Positions 15,932-27,396 of a stretch of 43,155 nt of DNA are shown piece after piece (position 1 is the first letter of the stretch; each line of letters opens with the position of its first letter). Source of the DNA: Pseudomonadota bacterium. Lineage in GTDB: Bacteria > Pseudomonadota > Alphaproteobacteria > MPNO01. The position numbers were made by a program, and so were the translations under genes. The stretch lies in assembly GCA_036339495.1 (NCBI GenBank), contig JAYZAW010000157.1, positions 1 to 43,155 on the forward strand, in the 5' to 3' direction. A model generated the notes under the pieces. It searched no databases, was not told where the DNA came from, and saw only the letters and a list, made by a program, of their open reading frames with translations.

Positions 15932-17806
15932 TTAACCGTTTTCGACGGCTTCCTGCGCCGCGATCCAGCGTTCCTCGGCCACGATCAGGTTTTTCTTGAG
16001 ATTGCCCTGCCGATAAATCAAATCGGTTAGATCCTCGCCCGACCCGTCATAGGAATTCGGATCGGCGAGCTTGTCCTCAATCGCCTTCAATTCGGCGGCC
16101 AGCTCCTCGAGCCGCGCCTCGGCCTTGCGCGCTGTCTTGCGCAGCGTGGCGGTCGCTTCCCGTTCCTGGGCCGCCTCGCGCCGTCGTTCGCGCCGGTCGT
16201 TGCCATTTAATTTCTCCGCCGGACGTTCGGCGCGCCGCGTTTCCCGTCGCTGTTGCAGCACATGGCGGCGGTAATCCTCAATATCGCCCTCGAAAGGCTG
16301 ACAGGTCCCTTCCTCGACCAGCCACAGCCGGTCGGCGACCAGCCCGATCAGATGGGGGTCATGGGTGATCAGGATCACCGCGCCGGAATAGGCATTGAGC
16401 GCCTGAACCAGGGACTCGCGCGCTTCGATGTCGAGATGGTTGGTCGGCTCGTCGAGCACCAGAATGTGGGGCGCGGACCGGCTGGTGATCGCGAACAGCA
16501 GCCGGGCCTTCTCACCGCCCGACAAATCCGCGATCCGCACATTGGCCTGGTCCTGTGCGAAACCGAAGCGGCCGAGATGGCCGCGCAGTTTCGGTTCCGG
16601 CGTGTCCGGCTCGAGTGCCCGCATGACCTGGAACGGGGTCCGGCCGGCTTCCAACTCCTCTGTCTGGTGCTGGGCGAAATAGCCGACGCGGATTTTGGAC
16701 GATTGGCTCAGCCGGCCCGCCATCGCCTCAAGCCGCCCGGTCAACAGCCGCGCCAGGGTCGATTTGCCGTTGCCGTTGGGCCCCAACACCGCGATCCGGT
16801 CGTCCATGTCGATGCGGAGATCGAGATTGCGCAGAACCGCCGCGCCGTCATATCCGACCGCCGCATTGTCGAGCGTGATCAGCGGCGGCGGCATCGGTTC
16901 GGGGTCGGGGAACTGAAACACGATGGGCCGGGATTCGATAATCGCGACCGGCGCTTCCATGCGCTCCAGCGCCTTGAGCCGGCTTTGCGCCTGGCGCGCC
17001 TTGGTCGCCTTGGCGCGGAACCGGTCGACGAAATCCATCATCCGCTTGCGCTGGGCGATCAACGCCGCATCGGCGCGGGCCTGGGTCATGCGGCGTTCGC
17101 GCAGCGTGCGTTCAAACCGCGTGTAATTGCCGCTATAGCCGGTCAGGTTGGCGTTCTCGAGATGTAGCGTCCGGTCGGCGACCTTGTCGAGCAGCACCCG
17201 GTCATGGCTGACCACAAGTAGCGTGCCGGGATATTTCGCCAGGAAGGCTTCGAGCCATAACGTCGCCTCGAAATCGAGATGGTTGGTCGGCTCGTCCAGC
17301 AGCAGCACATCGGGCTGGGCGAACAGCACCGCGGCCAGCGCGACGCGTATGCGCCAGCCGCCCGACAGTTCGTCGCAGGATTGGTCCTGCACGGTGGGCG
17401 AAAATCCCAGGCCGGCGAGAATTTCGGCGGCCCGCGCCGGCGCGGCATGGGCGCCGATTTCGGCAAGGCGATTGTGGATTTCACCGATGCGGGAGGGATT
17501 TTGCGCGGTTTCCGCTTCCTCGAGCAGCGCGGTGCGCTCCAGATCGGCGGCCAGCACCGTATCGATCAGGCTCTCATGTCCGCCCGGCGCCTCCTGGGCG
17601 AGCGTCCCGATGCGCGCCCGGCGATTGAGCAATATCGATCCGCCGTCCGACTGCAATTCGCCCGTAATCAAGCGCAGCAGGGTGGTCTTGCCCGCGCCGT
17701 TGCGGCCCACCAGCGCCGCGCGGCATCCGGTCGGGACCGTAATCGAGGCGTTTTCAAGGATTGTGCGCCCGGCGATCCGGTAGGTGAGGTCATTGATCTG
17801 TAACAC
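15932..17806 (-). CDS. ABC-F family ATPase (two ABC domains, C-terminal coiled coil)
   Basis: Two Walker A motifs (GRNGAGKTT, GPNGNGKST) and two signatures (LSGGWRIRVALA, LSGGEKARLLFA). No TM segments. Arg/Glu-rich tail. GTG start gives MLQINDLTYRIAGR. Confidence 0.9.
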   Translation of the reverse strand: MLQINDLTYRIAGRTILENASITVPTGCRAALVGRNGAGKTTLLRLITGELQSDGGSILLNRRARIGTLAQEAPGGHESLIDTVLAADLERTALLEEAETAQNPSRIGEIHNRLAEIGAHAAPARAAEILAGLGFSPTVQDQSCDELSGGWRIRVALAAVLFAQPDVLLLDEPTNHLDFEATLWLEAFLAKYPGTLLVVSHDRVLLDKVADRTLHLENANLTGYSGNYTRFERTLRERRMTQARADAALIAQRKRMMDFVDRFRAKATKARQAQSRLKALERMEAPVAIIESRPIVFQFPDPEPMPPPLITLDNAAVGYDGAAVLRNLDLRIDMDDRIAVLGPNGNGKSTLARLLTGRLEAMAGRLSQSSKIRVGYFAQHQTEELEAGRTPFQVMRALEPDTPEPKLRGHLGRFGFAQDQANVRIADLSGGEKARLLFAITSRSAPHILVLDEPTNHLDIEARESLVQALNAYSGAVILITHDPHLIGLVADRLWLVEEGTCQPFEGDIEDYRRHVLQQRRETRRAERPAEKLNGNDRRERRREAAQEREATATLRKTARKAEARLEELAAELKAIEDKLADPNSYDGSGEDLTDLIYRQGNLKKNLIVAEERWIAAQEAVENG

Positions 17807-17953
17807 GACGCGGCGTGTAGCACGGCGCGCATGCCGCGCAAAGCGTCACATGTTCCTTAAATACAAATTAACCATATGTAATAAGGCAGTTGCCGGGGAC
17901 GCGTGATGCGTATATAAGCCCGGCGTTTCCCCTATTTGGAGCTTCGCAAGACC

Positions 17954-18376
17954 ATGGCGATTGAGAGAACCCTATCGATAATCAAACCCGATGCGACGCG
18001 CCGCAATATTACCGGTTTGATCACCGCCCGCCTCGAAGCCGCGGGCTTGCGCGCCATTGCACAGCGACGGTTCTTCATGACCCGCCCGCAGGCGGAAAAA
18101 TTCTACTCGGTTCACGCGGAGCGCGCTTTTTTCGACGATCTGTGCGATTTCATGGCCTCCGGACCGGTTCTCGTCCAAGTGCTGGAAGGCGAGGACGCGA
18201 TCGCGCGCAACCGGGAAGTGATGGGCGCGACCAACCCCGCAAACGCGGACGACGGCACAATTCGCAAGGAGTTTGGGGAATCAATCGAAGCCAATTCGGT
18301 GCATGGTTCGGATTCACCCGAAAACGCGGCAATTGAAATCGCGTTCTTCTTTTCGGAACTCGATATCGTCGGATAG
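17954..18376 (+). CDS. ndk: nucleoside-diphosphate kinase
   Basis: [14 protein letters not shown]..., NSVHGSDS (active-site His). 140 aa. ATG at 17954. Confidence 0.95.
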   Translation: MAIERTLSIIKPDATRRNITGLITARLEAAGLRAIAQRRFFMTRPQAEKFYSVHAERAFFDDLCDFMASGPVLVQVLEGEDAIARNREVMGATNPANADDGTIRKEFGESIEANSVHGSDSPENAAIEIAFFFSELDIVG

Positions 18377-18380
18377 TTTA

Positions 18381-18661
18381 TCTAGAGCAAATTCAGGATA
18401 GTTAGAATCGTTTGATGGCGGCCAATCTGCGTCTCGGGCAGACGCGGCTTGCAGCGCGATGCGGTGCATGGGGCAGGAGCCGCAACGCACCCGAGACGCA
18501 GATTGGCCGCACCGAAGGCCGGGTTCTTCCGCCCCCCAACTTCAACATGGGCTTCGTTGCGCTTCTTGGCCGATATACCATGTCGCCCTACGAAGCGCGC
18601 CTAACCACGGGACGGAATAATCCCGGTCAAATGATCCTAACTATCCTGAAATTGCTCTAGA
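18381..18661. repeat. 281-bp nested inverted-repeat element (MITE-like / mosaic palindromic element)
   Basis: 35-nt terminal inverted repeats at 18381-18415 and 18627-18661 match at 32/35 positions (TCTAGAGCAAATTCAGGATAGTTAGAATCGTTTGA). An internal perfect 21-bp inverted repeat lies at 18418-18438 / 18490-18510 (GCGGCCAATCTGCGTCTCGGG). The only internal ORF is an 82-aa GC-artefact. Confidence 0.55.
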
Positions 18662-18959
18662 CACCGAGCTGAAATGCAAGTCGTCGAATGAAATCGCGGA
18701 CGAACCAGATCGCCAACAGGAGTATAATAGGCGAGATATCCATCCCACCGATAAATGGAATGAAACGCCGGATCGGGCGTAACGCGGGCTCGGTAACCTT
18801 GTGTAAAAAATCGCTGGCAACATAGATGAACCGGTTGCTGGTATTGACGACATTGAACATGATCAGCCAGCTCAAAATGATCGAAATCAACAACACCCAG
18901 ACATAAAGCCCGAGAATAATGTCAATCAGGCCGAGTATCGGCCCTAATATCACCTGCAT
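18657..18959 (-). CDS. yggT: YggT family membrane protein
   Basis: 100 aa with two hydrophobic helices and ALRPIRRFIPFIGGMDISP typical of YggT/Ycf19. The stop TAG (18657-18659) lies inside the terminal CTAGA of the repeat element. Confidence 0.85.
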   Translation of the reverse strand: MQVILGPILGLIDIILGLYVWVLLISIILSWLIMFNVVNTSNRFIYVASDFLHKVTEPALRPIRRFIPFIGGMDISPIILLLAIWFVRDFIRRLAFQLGV

Positions 18960-19110
18960 GGAACACCGCCACTTAATTTATTCATGCGTCGATCAGCCCC
19001 GGTATTTGTCCATCATGTCGCGAAGATCCGATTTCCGGCAACCTAGCGTCCGGCTGATTCGGGCGCAAGCATAGAACCTTGATTTTCTGTCCGTAATTGG
19101 CTCAGACTTC

Positions 19111-19139
19111 TTGACAGGGCAAGGTCAAAACCACATTAT
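19111..19139 (+). promoter_or_regulatory. sigma70-like promoter for tRNA-Ala
   Basis: TTGACA (19111-19116), a 17-nt spacer, then CATTAT (19134-19139). It ends 17 nt upstream of the mature tRNA 5' end. Confidence 0.45.
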
Positions 19140-19156
19140 CCGGCCTCCCAAACGGC

Positions 19157-19232
19157 GGGGCGGTAGCTCAGTTGGGAGAGCGCGACGTTCGCAACGTCGA
19201 GGTCCGCGGTTCGATTCCGCGTCGCTCCACCA
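19157..19232 (+). tRNA. tRNA-Ala (anticodon CGC)
   Basis: GGGGCGG-TA-GCTC-AGTTGGGA-GAGC-G-CGACG-TTCGCAA-CGTCG-AGGTC-CGCGG-TTCGATT-CCGCG-TCGCTCC-A-CCA. The G3:U70 alanine identity pair is present and CCA is encoded. Confidence 0.95.
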
Positions 19233-19271
19233 CCCCTTTTTCTAATCTCCGAATTAATCGCGGCTGGCCGC

Positions 19272-20273
19272 CTAACCCTCCACTTCCTGGGCGACATCCA
19301 TCCAGGCGCCGTTGGCCTCGCCGGACGCCTTGACGGCTTCCACCACGGCGACGTTGCGGAGCGCTTCGACCGGGCGGATCGGGAAATCGGCCTTGCCGGC
19401 GCAGGCGTCGGCAAAGGCGCGGATTTCCGATTGCAGGGTGTCGTCGACGGTGAATGTCAGACGGGTTTCGGGCTGGTCCGCATCAGCGGTGGTAATCGTC
19501 AGCTCGCTGTAATTATTGCGCGCTTCCAGATTGGCTTTCGTGCCGTAGATCCGCAGATAGCTCGACATCGGCACGGCGAATATTGTCCCGAGCGAGGCTG
19601 TCACCCCGCTGTTCAATTCGAACAGCACCGCCGTCGTGTCGTCGAGATCGATCGGCAGGGCCTGTCGCTTGACGATGGCGGACAGCCTTGCGACCGGGCC
19701 GAGCAGCCAGGTCATGGTATCGACGATATGCAGCGCCATCGGCGTCAGACTGCCGCCCGGCAGTTCGGACCGTTGCGCGCGCCAGTAATCAACCGGGTAA
19801 TCGAACGCCGAATTGCCGGAATAATTTCCTTCCGCATGGATGATCTGGCCGCATTCGCCGGAATCGATCATGGATTTCATTTTGCGGGCGACCGGTGAAT
19901 AGCGGCGGTTATGGCCGACGCCGAGCGCCACCGAATTTTTTTCGCAGGCCCGGATCGCCGCCGAGGCCGTCTCCACCGTCAGGGTCATGGGCTTTTCACA
20001 GAACACATGCTTGCCGGCATTGGCCACCGCGACGATCTGTTCCCAATGCAACGAATGAGGCGTCGCCAGAAAGACGGCATCGACCGAAGCATCAGAAAGG
20101 ACGTCGTCGAAACTGGCGTAGATTTCGCCGCCGACCGTGTCGCGGAACCGCTCGCACTCCGCCTTGGAAAGCGAAAAGCAGCCGGCGATTTCGGCGATTT
20201 CGGGCATCGAACGCGCGGCCTTGCCCAGTTCCATCCCCCACCATCCGGTCCCGACGACGACCATTTTCAGCAT
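19272..20273 (-). CDS. Gfo/Idh/MocA family NAD(P)-dependent oxidoreductase
   Basis: N-terminal Rossmann MLKMVVVGTGWWG, EKP motif (VFCEKPM). 333 aa. Confidence 0.85.
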   Translation of the reverse strand: MLKMVVVGTGWWGMELGKAARSMPEIAEIAGCFSLSKAECERFRDTVGGEIYASFDDVLSDASVDAVFLATPHSLHWEQIVAVANAGKHVFCEKPMTLTVETASAAIRACEKNSVALGVGHNRRYSPVARKMKSMIDSGECGQIIHAEGNYSGNSAFDYPVDYWRAQRSELPGGSLTPMALHIVDTMTWLLGPVARLSAIVKRQALPIDLDDTTAVLFELNSGVTASLGTIFAVPMSSYLRIYGTKANLEARNNYSELTITTADADQPETRLTFTVDDTLQSEIRAFADACAGKADFPIRPVEALRNVAVVEAVKASGEANGAWMDVAQEVEG

Positions 20274-20327
20274 CTTGTCCTCCCTGATCGAATTTGAATT
20301 TTTCCCGCAAGCAGATTAGGTCGGGGT

Positions 20328-21086
20328 CTAAATTTCGACAACGTCCCAATTTGCTTCGTCGGGCCGGCCGTGGGCAAAGCGCCAAAGGGGTTTGCGACTT
20401 TCCCTTGTCATGGCGGGCAGGGCGATCAACGCACTCGACAGTGTGCCGAAGCCGAAATCCGTGATTACGTTCATGGCTTCCCTTGGGTCCGTGCTGTCGG
20501 GGAGGGCCCGGTCGCCCAGCAATGCCTGCCAAGCGAACCAATCGTCCGCGTCGGGATCGGGGGCCGGGGCGGCCTGAAAACGGGTCAGGTTGCGCTCGAT
20601 GCGTGCCGCTCCCCGGTCATTGAGATCGCCGGACGTGATCATGGAAACGCCTTCGGGCAGCGGGCTGATTTCGATTTTGCCATTGGCGATCACGCCCAGG
20701 CTGCGCACCCAGTAAGCGTCGCGGTTGTCGGCAATCACCATGTTGAAACTGCGCCAGCCGCGCCCGTCGAGATGGCCCAGCACATCGGCCGCGTCCGCGG
20801 CATCGAAATGATCCAGCGCCTCGAGCACCAGCTCGCCGCGCGAACGCAGGCTTGCGTCGGGACCGAGCGAATCATGCCGGTTCAACAGCCCCGCGACGAC
20901 GCCCTCGTCATTGACGCCAAGCCAGGTCCCGCCGGCCAGTTCGTCGATTCCGGCGGTAACGTTTTCCCGGTCGGGCCAGTGACGCCCTGGACCGCGCCAT
21001 GGCCGGTCGGCCATCTCATCCCGGTTGGCGGCGAGGATCAGCGGCCAGTCATGATCGGGCCGGCGCAGGATGACAACGGTACACAT
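20328..21086 (-). CDS. NRDE family protein (DUF833 / TANGO2-like)
   Basis: MCTVVILRRPDHDWPLILAANRDE carries the family's N-terminal Cys and the NRDE signature. The ATG at 21086 is preferred over the 20-aa track extension. Confidence 0.85.
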   Translation of the reverse strand: MCTVVILRRPDHDWPLILAANRDEMADRPWRGPGRHWPDRENVTAGIDELAGGTWLGVNDEGVVAGLLNRHDSLGPDASLRSRGELVLEALDHFDAADAADVLGHLDGRGWRSFNMVIADNRDAYWVRSLGVIANGKIEISPLPEGVSMITSGDLNDRGAARIERNLTRFQAAPAPDPDADDWFAWQALLGDRALPDSTDPREAMNVITDFGFGTLSSALIALPAMTRESRKPLWRFAHGRPDEANWDVVEI

Positions 21087-21208
21087 CGGTCCTCGATAAC
21101 ATTCTGGACCGATACATGCCAGATCGACATTGCCGCAGCGGGTCATATCATTGAAAATAGGGCCAATGTGCCCATCTATTGGGCAGAGACATCAGGAGGC
21201 GGCAAGGC

Positions 21209-21532
21209 ATGGCGACGTTCGACGAACGCGAAAAAGGTTTCGAGACAAAATACAGCCGGGATCAGGAACTCGACTTCAAAGTCATGGCGCGGCGCAACAA
21301 ACTTCTCGGCTTGTGGGCGGCAAAGAAAATGGACATTTCCGGCGCCGATGCCGACGCCTATGCGAAAGAGGTCGTGATGTCGGATTTTGAAAAACCCGGC
21401 GAGGAAGACGTGGTCGAGAAGGTCATGAGCGATTTTTCCGACAAGAACGCCGGCGTCGCGGAAAACGAGTTGCGCGCCGAAATGGCCCGGCTTATGGGCG
21501 CTGCCCGCGAACAGATCACATCTGAGGGCTAG
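21209..21532 (+). CDS. DUF1476 protein (alphaproteobacterial F1-ATPase inhibitor zeta-subunit family)
   Basis: MATFDEREKGFETKYSRDQELDFKVMARRNKLLGLWAA... matches the DUF1476 N-terminal pattern as I recall it. 107 aa. Confidence 0.8.
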   Translation: MATFDEREKGFETKYSRDQELDFKVMARRNKLLGLWAAKKMDISGADADAYAKEVVMSDFEKPGEEDVVEKVMSDFSDKNAGVAENELRAEMARLMGAAREQITSEG

Positions 21533-21570
21533 TTTTTAAGTAATTCGGCTCCGGCCGTAAAATTACGTTT

Positions 21571-22146
21571 TCAAATTCTTGTCGAGAGCCAGATCGCCAG
21601 GCGTGAGCTGGTCTTGATGGCGGTCGACAGGATTTCATAGCCGGGGGCTTCCTCGGCGCCCGCTTGCAGCGCTTCTTCGCGGTGGGCCGCCTCGTCGGCG
21701 CGGAATTCCTCGATGGTTTCGCGCAATTCGGCCTCGTCCTGGCCGAGCCACGCGGATTGGCCGGCGTAATGTTCATCAATGACCTCTTCGACGGCTGCGG
21801 TGCAGGCCATGGCCGCTTTTTCTCCCATCAAAGCCGTGGCCGCGCCGAGCGCGAACCCCGCCACATGCCAGAGCGGCATCAACGCCGTCGGGCGCACCGC
21901 CCGGTCGGCGACGATCTTGTCGAACCGCGCCAGATGTTCCGCTTCCTTTGCCGCCATGCCGCGGATAAGGGTCGCAGCGTCGCCGTCGCGTAATACCGCC
22001 TGCTGGCCGGCATATATGCGGACCGCGCCGTATTCGCCGGCGTGATCGACCCGGATCATGCGTTCGATGATCTCATTTCGCGACGGGTCACCCGGCATGC
22101 GGTCCTCGGCGGTGGTTTTCGGCACTGGCGGCTTTCTTTCGTTCAA
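21571..22146 (-). CDS. coq7: demethoxyubiquinone hydroxylase (COQ7 family di-iron protein)
   Basis: RVDHAGEYGAVRIYAGQ plus repeated E..H ligand motifs (EAEHL, EEVIDEH, DEAAHRE). The TTG at 22146 overlaps the dsbB-like stop (TTGA). An alternative ATG lies at 22098. Confidence 0.85.
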   Translation of the reverse strand: MNERKPPVPKTTAEDRMPGDPSRNEIIERMIRVDHAGEYGAVRIYAGQQAVLRDGDAATLIRGMAAKEAEHLARFDKIVADRAVRPTALMPLWHVAGFALGAATALMGEKAAMACTAAVEEVIDEHYAGQSAWLGQDEAELRETIEEFRADEAAHREEALQAGAEEAPGYEILSTAIKTSSRLAIWLSTRI

Positions 22147-22661
22147 CGGAAGCGTCCCACCCGCCCGGGCTTGAGCGCGGCATACAGGCTGGCCGCGGCC
22201 AATATCATGGATATGATGGCGTTATACCCCGCCATTGAGATGCCGAACAGGGACCACTGAATTTCGTCGCAGCGCACGACCGGTTGGGCCAACAGCAGAC
22301 GGCGGAGGTCTTCCACCGTCTGAGCCGCCATGGTTGCGTCACCGCTGCAAGACGTCGGGCCCGGAAACCAGCCCAGTTCCACCCCCGCATGATAGACCGC
22401 AATCCCGCCGCCGATAGCGAACGCCGCCGCGCAGAAACCGACCAGGACACGGCGGCCGGCCGGTCCGCGAAACAGGCTCAACGCCAGTAGAGCGGCCGCA
22501 ATGGTCGCCACATAGGGCCAGCGCTGCCAGATACACAGCTTACACGGCGTCAGCCCGCCCCAATATTGCGAAGCCATCGCGCTGCCCAGCACGATCGCGC
22601 TTGCGGCGAGAATCAATGCCGGCGCGTTTCGAACCCAGACCCGTTGCAGCCAGATGCTCAT
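22143..22661 (-). CDS. dsbB: DsbB-family disulfide bond formation protein
   Basis: Four TMs, CxxC in the first loop (TPCKLCIWQRWPY) and a second Cys pair (PTSCSG ... VVRCDE). The ATG at 22661 forms an ATGA overlap with the upstream yqaA-like stop. Confidence 0.8.
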   Translation of the reverse strand: MSIWLQRVWVRNAPALILAASAIVLGSAMASQYWGGLTPCKLCIWQRWPYVATIAAALLALSLFRGPAGRRVLVGFCAAAFAIGGGIAVYHAGVELGWFPGPTSCSGDATMAAQTVEDLRRLLLAQPVVRCDEIQWSLFGISMAGYNAIISMILAAASLYAALKPGRVGRFR

Positions 22662-23239
22662 AACAGATATTTCAGTAGCACAAATCCGCCGATCAGCAAG
22701 ATACAGAACAGGATGGTCATCAGACCGAGCCGCTTTTCGATGAATTCCCGGATACGGGGCCCGGCCCACCACAGCAGGGCCGCGACCAGGAAAAACCGCA
22801 GGCCCCGCGCCGCGATGGAAGCGATAGAAAATACCCAGGGGTCGAGCTGGGTCGCGCCGCTGGCGATTGTGATCACCTTATAGGGGAACGGCGTAACGCC
22901 GGCGATAAACACGATCCACGCGCCCCACGCGTTGTAATCCAACCGGAAGCTATCGAATCTTGCCCCATAGCCATAGAAATCCAACAACGGCCGGCCCGCC
23001 GTTTCGAACAGGAAATAGCCGATGGCGTATCCCAGTATGCCGCCCAGAACAGAAGCGATTGTGCAAACCGCCGCATAGCGCCAAGCCTTGTCGCGCGCCG
23101 CCAAGATCATGGGGATCAGCAGCACATCCGGCGGAATAGGAAAAACCGAGCTTTCGATAAAAGCGATCGCGGCCAGCGCCCAAACGGCGTCCCGCCGGGC
23201 GGCAAGCCCCATCACCCAGTCATATAGTCGCTGCAGCAT
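22658..23239 (-). CDS. yqaA: YqaA/DedA-superfamily membrane protein
   Basis: AIAFIESSVFPIPPDVLLIPM and a multi-TM profile typical of the YqaA subgroup of DedA proteins. Confidence 0.85.
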   Translation of the reverse strand: MLQRLYDWVMGLAARRDAVWALAAIAFIESSVFPIPPDVLLIPMILAARDKAWRYAAVCTIASVLGGILGYAIGYFLFETAGRPLLDFYGYGARFDSFRLDYNAWGAWIVFIAGVTPFPYKVITIASGATQLDPWVFSIASIAARGLRFFLVAALLWWAGPRIREFIEKRLGLMTILFCILLIGGFVLLKYLL

Positions 23240-23492
23240 GGCCGTATGTAACAGGCGAGCCGAATCGCCACAACCGGCTGAAGGTCAGGGCTCATTATGC
23301 CTAATTTTTAACCGACAAGAGTTAATTGTCTAAATAATTGGCACAAATTTAGGTTTTCTAGACTCCAATACAGGTCGAAATAAAAATAATTATTTGTTAT
23401 CAATGTCTTACAAATTTTTCGAAGACCCAGCCCTTCTGGCACGATCCTTGCAATCCAGTTGATATGGATCGGCATGAGAATGGAGAGACGCA

Positions 23493-26176
<2,684 letters not shown>

Positions 26177-26189
26177 TTAAGGCGGTCAT

Positions 26190-27365
26190 TCATTGCGTTG
26201 CGGCGAGCTTGGCGTCGGATATCCGGAAATGGCGCGCACGGCCGGCCAGGGGGGCAAACAACGCCTCGTCGGTCCCGGTCATCCACGCCTGGGCGCCCGA
26301 GGCGCAGATTTCATCGAACAGGGCATCGCGGCGTTCTTCGTCGAGATGGGCGGCAATCTCATCGAACAGTAAAATCGGCGCGATGCCATTTTCCAGCGCC
26401 TGCAGGCGCATGTTCGCCAGCACGATACTGATCAGCAGCGCCTTTTGTTCGCCGGTTGAGCATTGACGTGCGGCGATATTCTTGGTCACGTGGCGGCAGA
26501 TCAGATCGCTGCGATGGACTCCGTAAATGGCGCGGCCTGCTTCCGTGTCGCGCGACCGGTTGGCGGCGAGCCGATCGCGCGCCCGGTCTTCGGCTTGGAG
26601 CGCGGGCAGGGTTTCAAGCAGGGTTTCTATTTCGCCTTCCATCCGTAAATCCGCCGCGGGAAACGGCCCGACGCCAAGTCGACAGGCCACATTCATGCGC
26701 GCCACCAGCGCCAACCGCGCGGCGGCGACGGCGACCGCCGCCCGCGCCATGCGGTCTTCCAATGCGCTAAGCCAGGATGGGTCCGCCGCGCGTCCGCCGC
26801 GACTGTCGCGCAGCAGGCGCGACCGTTCCCGCATGGCGCGCTCATAGCTTGTCAGGCTTTCCGCATGGGCGGCATCAAATCCGTATGCCAGCCGGTCGAT
26901 AAATCTGCGGCGATCCGATGCGCCGTCGCTGAATAGCCGGTCCATTTCGGGCGTCAGCCAAATCGCCTGGATCCATTCACCAAGCGCCGATTGGCTTGGC
27001 GCATCGGCGCCGTCGATCCGCACCACCCGCCGGTTTATCCGCTGGGCCTGCACGCCGGTTCCGATTTCGACGGTTTCGCCGCCGGCCATAACCGTCGCCG
27101 CGACCGCCCAGGGAACGCCCGCATCGTTATCAACGGGGTTTGCTTCACGGCGGCCGATATCGACAAGCCGCGCCCGGCGAAGGCCGCGGCCGGGCGCCAG
27201 AAATGAAACCGCTTCCAGCAAATTGGTCTTGCCCGCGCCGTTCGGTCCGGTCAAAACCACGGGACGCGCGTCGAGATCGAGACGCAGCGTTTCATAGCAT
27301 CTGAAATCAGTCAGAATGAGCCTCGTGACCGCAATATTCGCCGCCGCCACGGGTTGCGCCGCCAT
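26190..27365 (-). CDS. recF: DNA replication and repair protein RecF
   Basis: LILTDFRCYE, Walker A GPNGAGKTNLLEA, and a signature-like SGEQK region (STGEQKALLISIVLA). The ATG at 27365 is preferred over the TTG at 27374. Confidence 0.9.
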   Translation of the reverse strand: MAAQPVAAANIAVTRLILTDFRCYETLRLDLDARPVVLTGPNGAGKTNLLEAVSFLAPGRGLRRARLVDIGRREANPVDNDAGVPWAVAATVMAGGETVEIGTGVQAQRINRRVVRIDGADAPSQSALGEWIQAIWLTPEMDRLFSDGASDRRRFIDRLAYGFDAAHAESLTSYERAMRERSRLLRDSRGGRAADPSWLSALEDRMARAAVAVAAARLALVARMNVACRLGVGPFPAADLRMEGEIETLLETLPALQAEDRARDRLAANRSRDTEAGRAIYGVHRSDLICRHVTKNIAARQCSTGEQKALLISIVLANMRLQALENGIAPILLFDEIAAHLDEERRDALFDEICASGAQAWMTGTDEALFAPLAGRARHFRISDAKLAATQ

Positions 27366-27396
27366 GGGAGCCAAGCCAATCAGGACGCCGGCGCCA

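Noticed and set aside
18412-18660. 82-aa ORF inside the inverted-repeat element
   Set aside because: It has a TTG-type start and no RBS. It spans both arms of the perfect 21-bp inverted repeat, and its product has Arg/Gly-rich composition. It is most likely non-coding.
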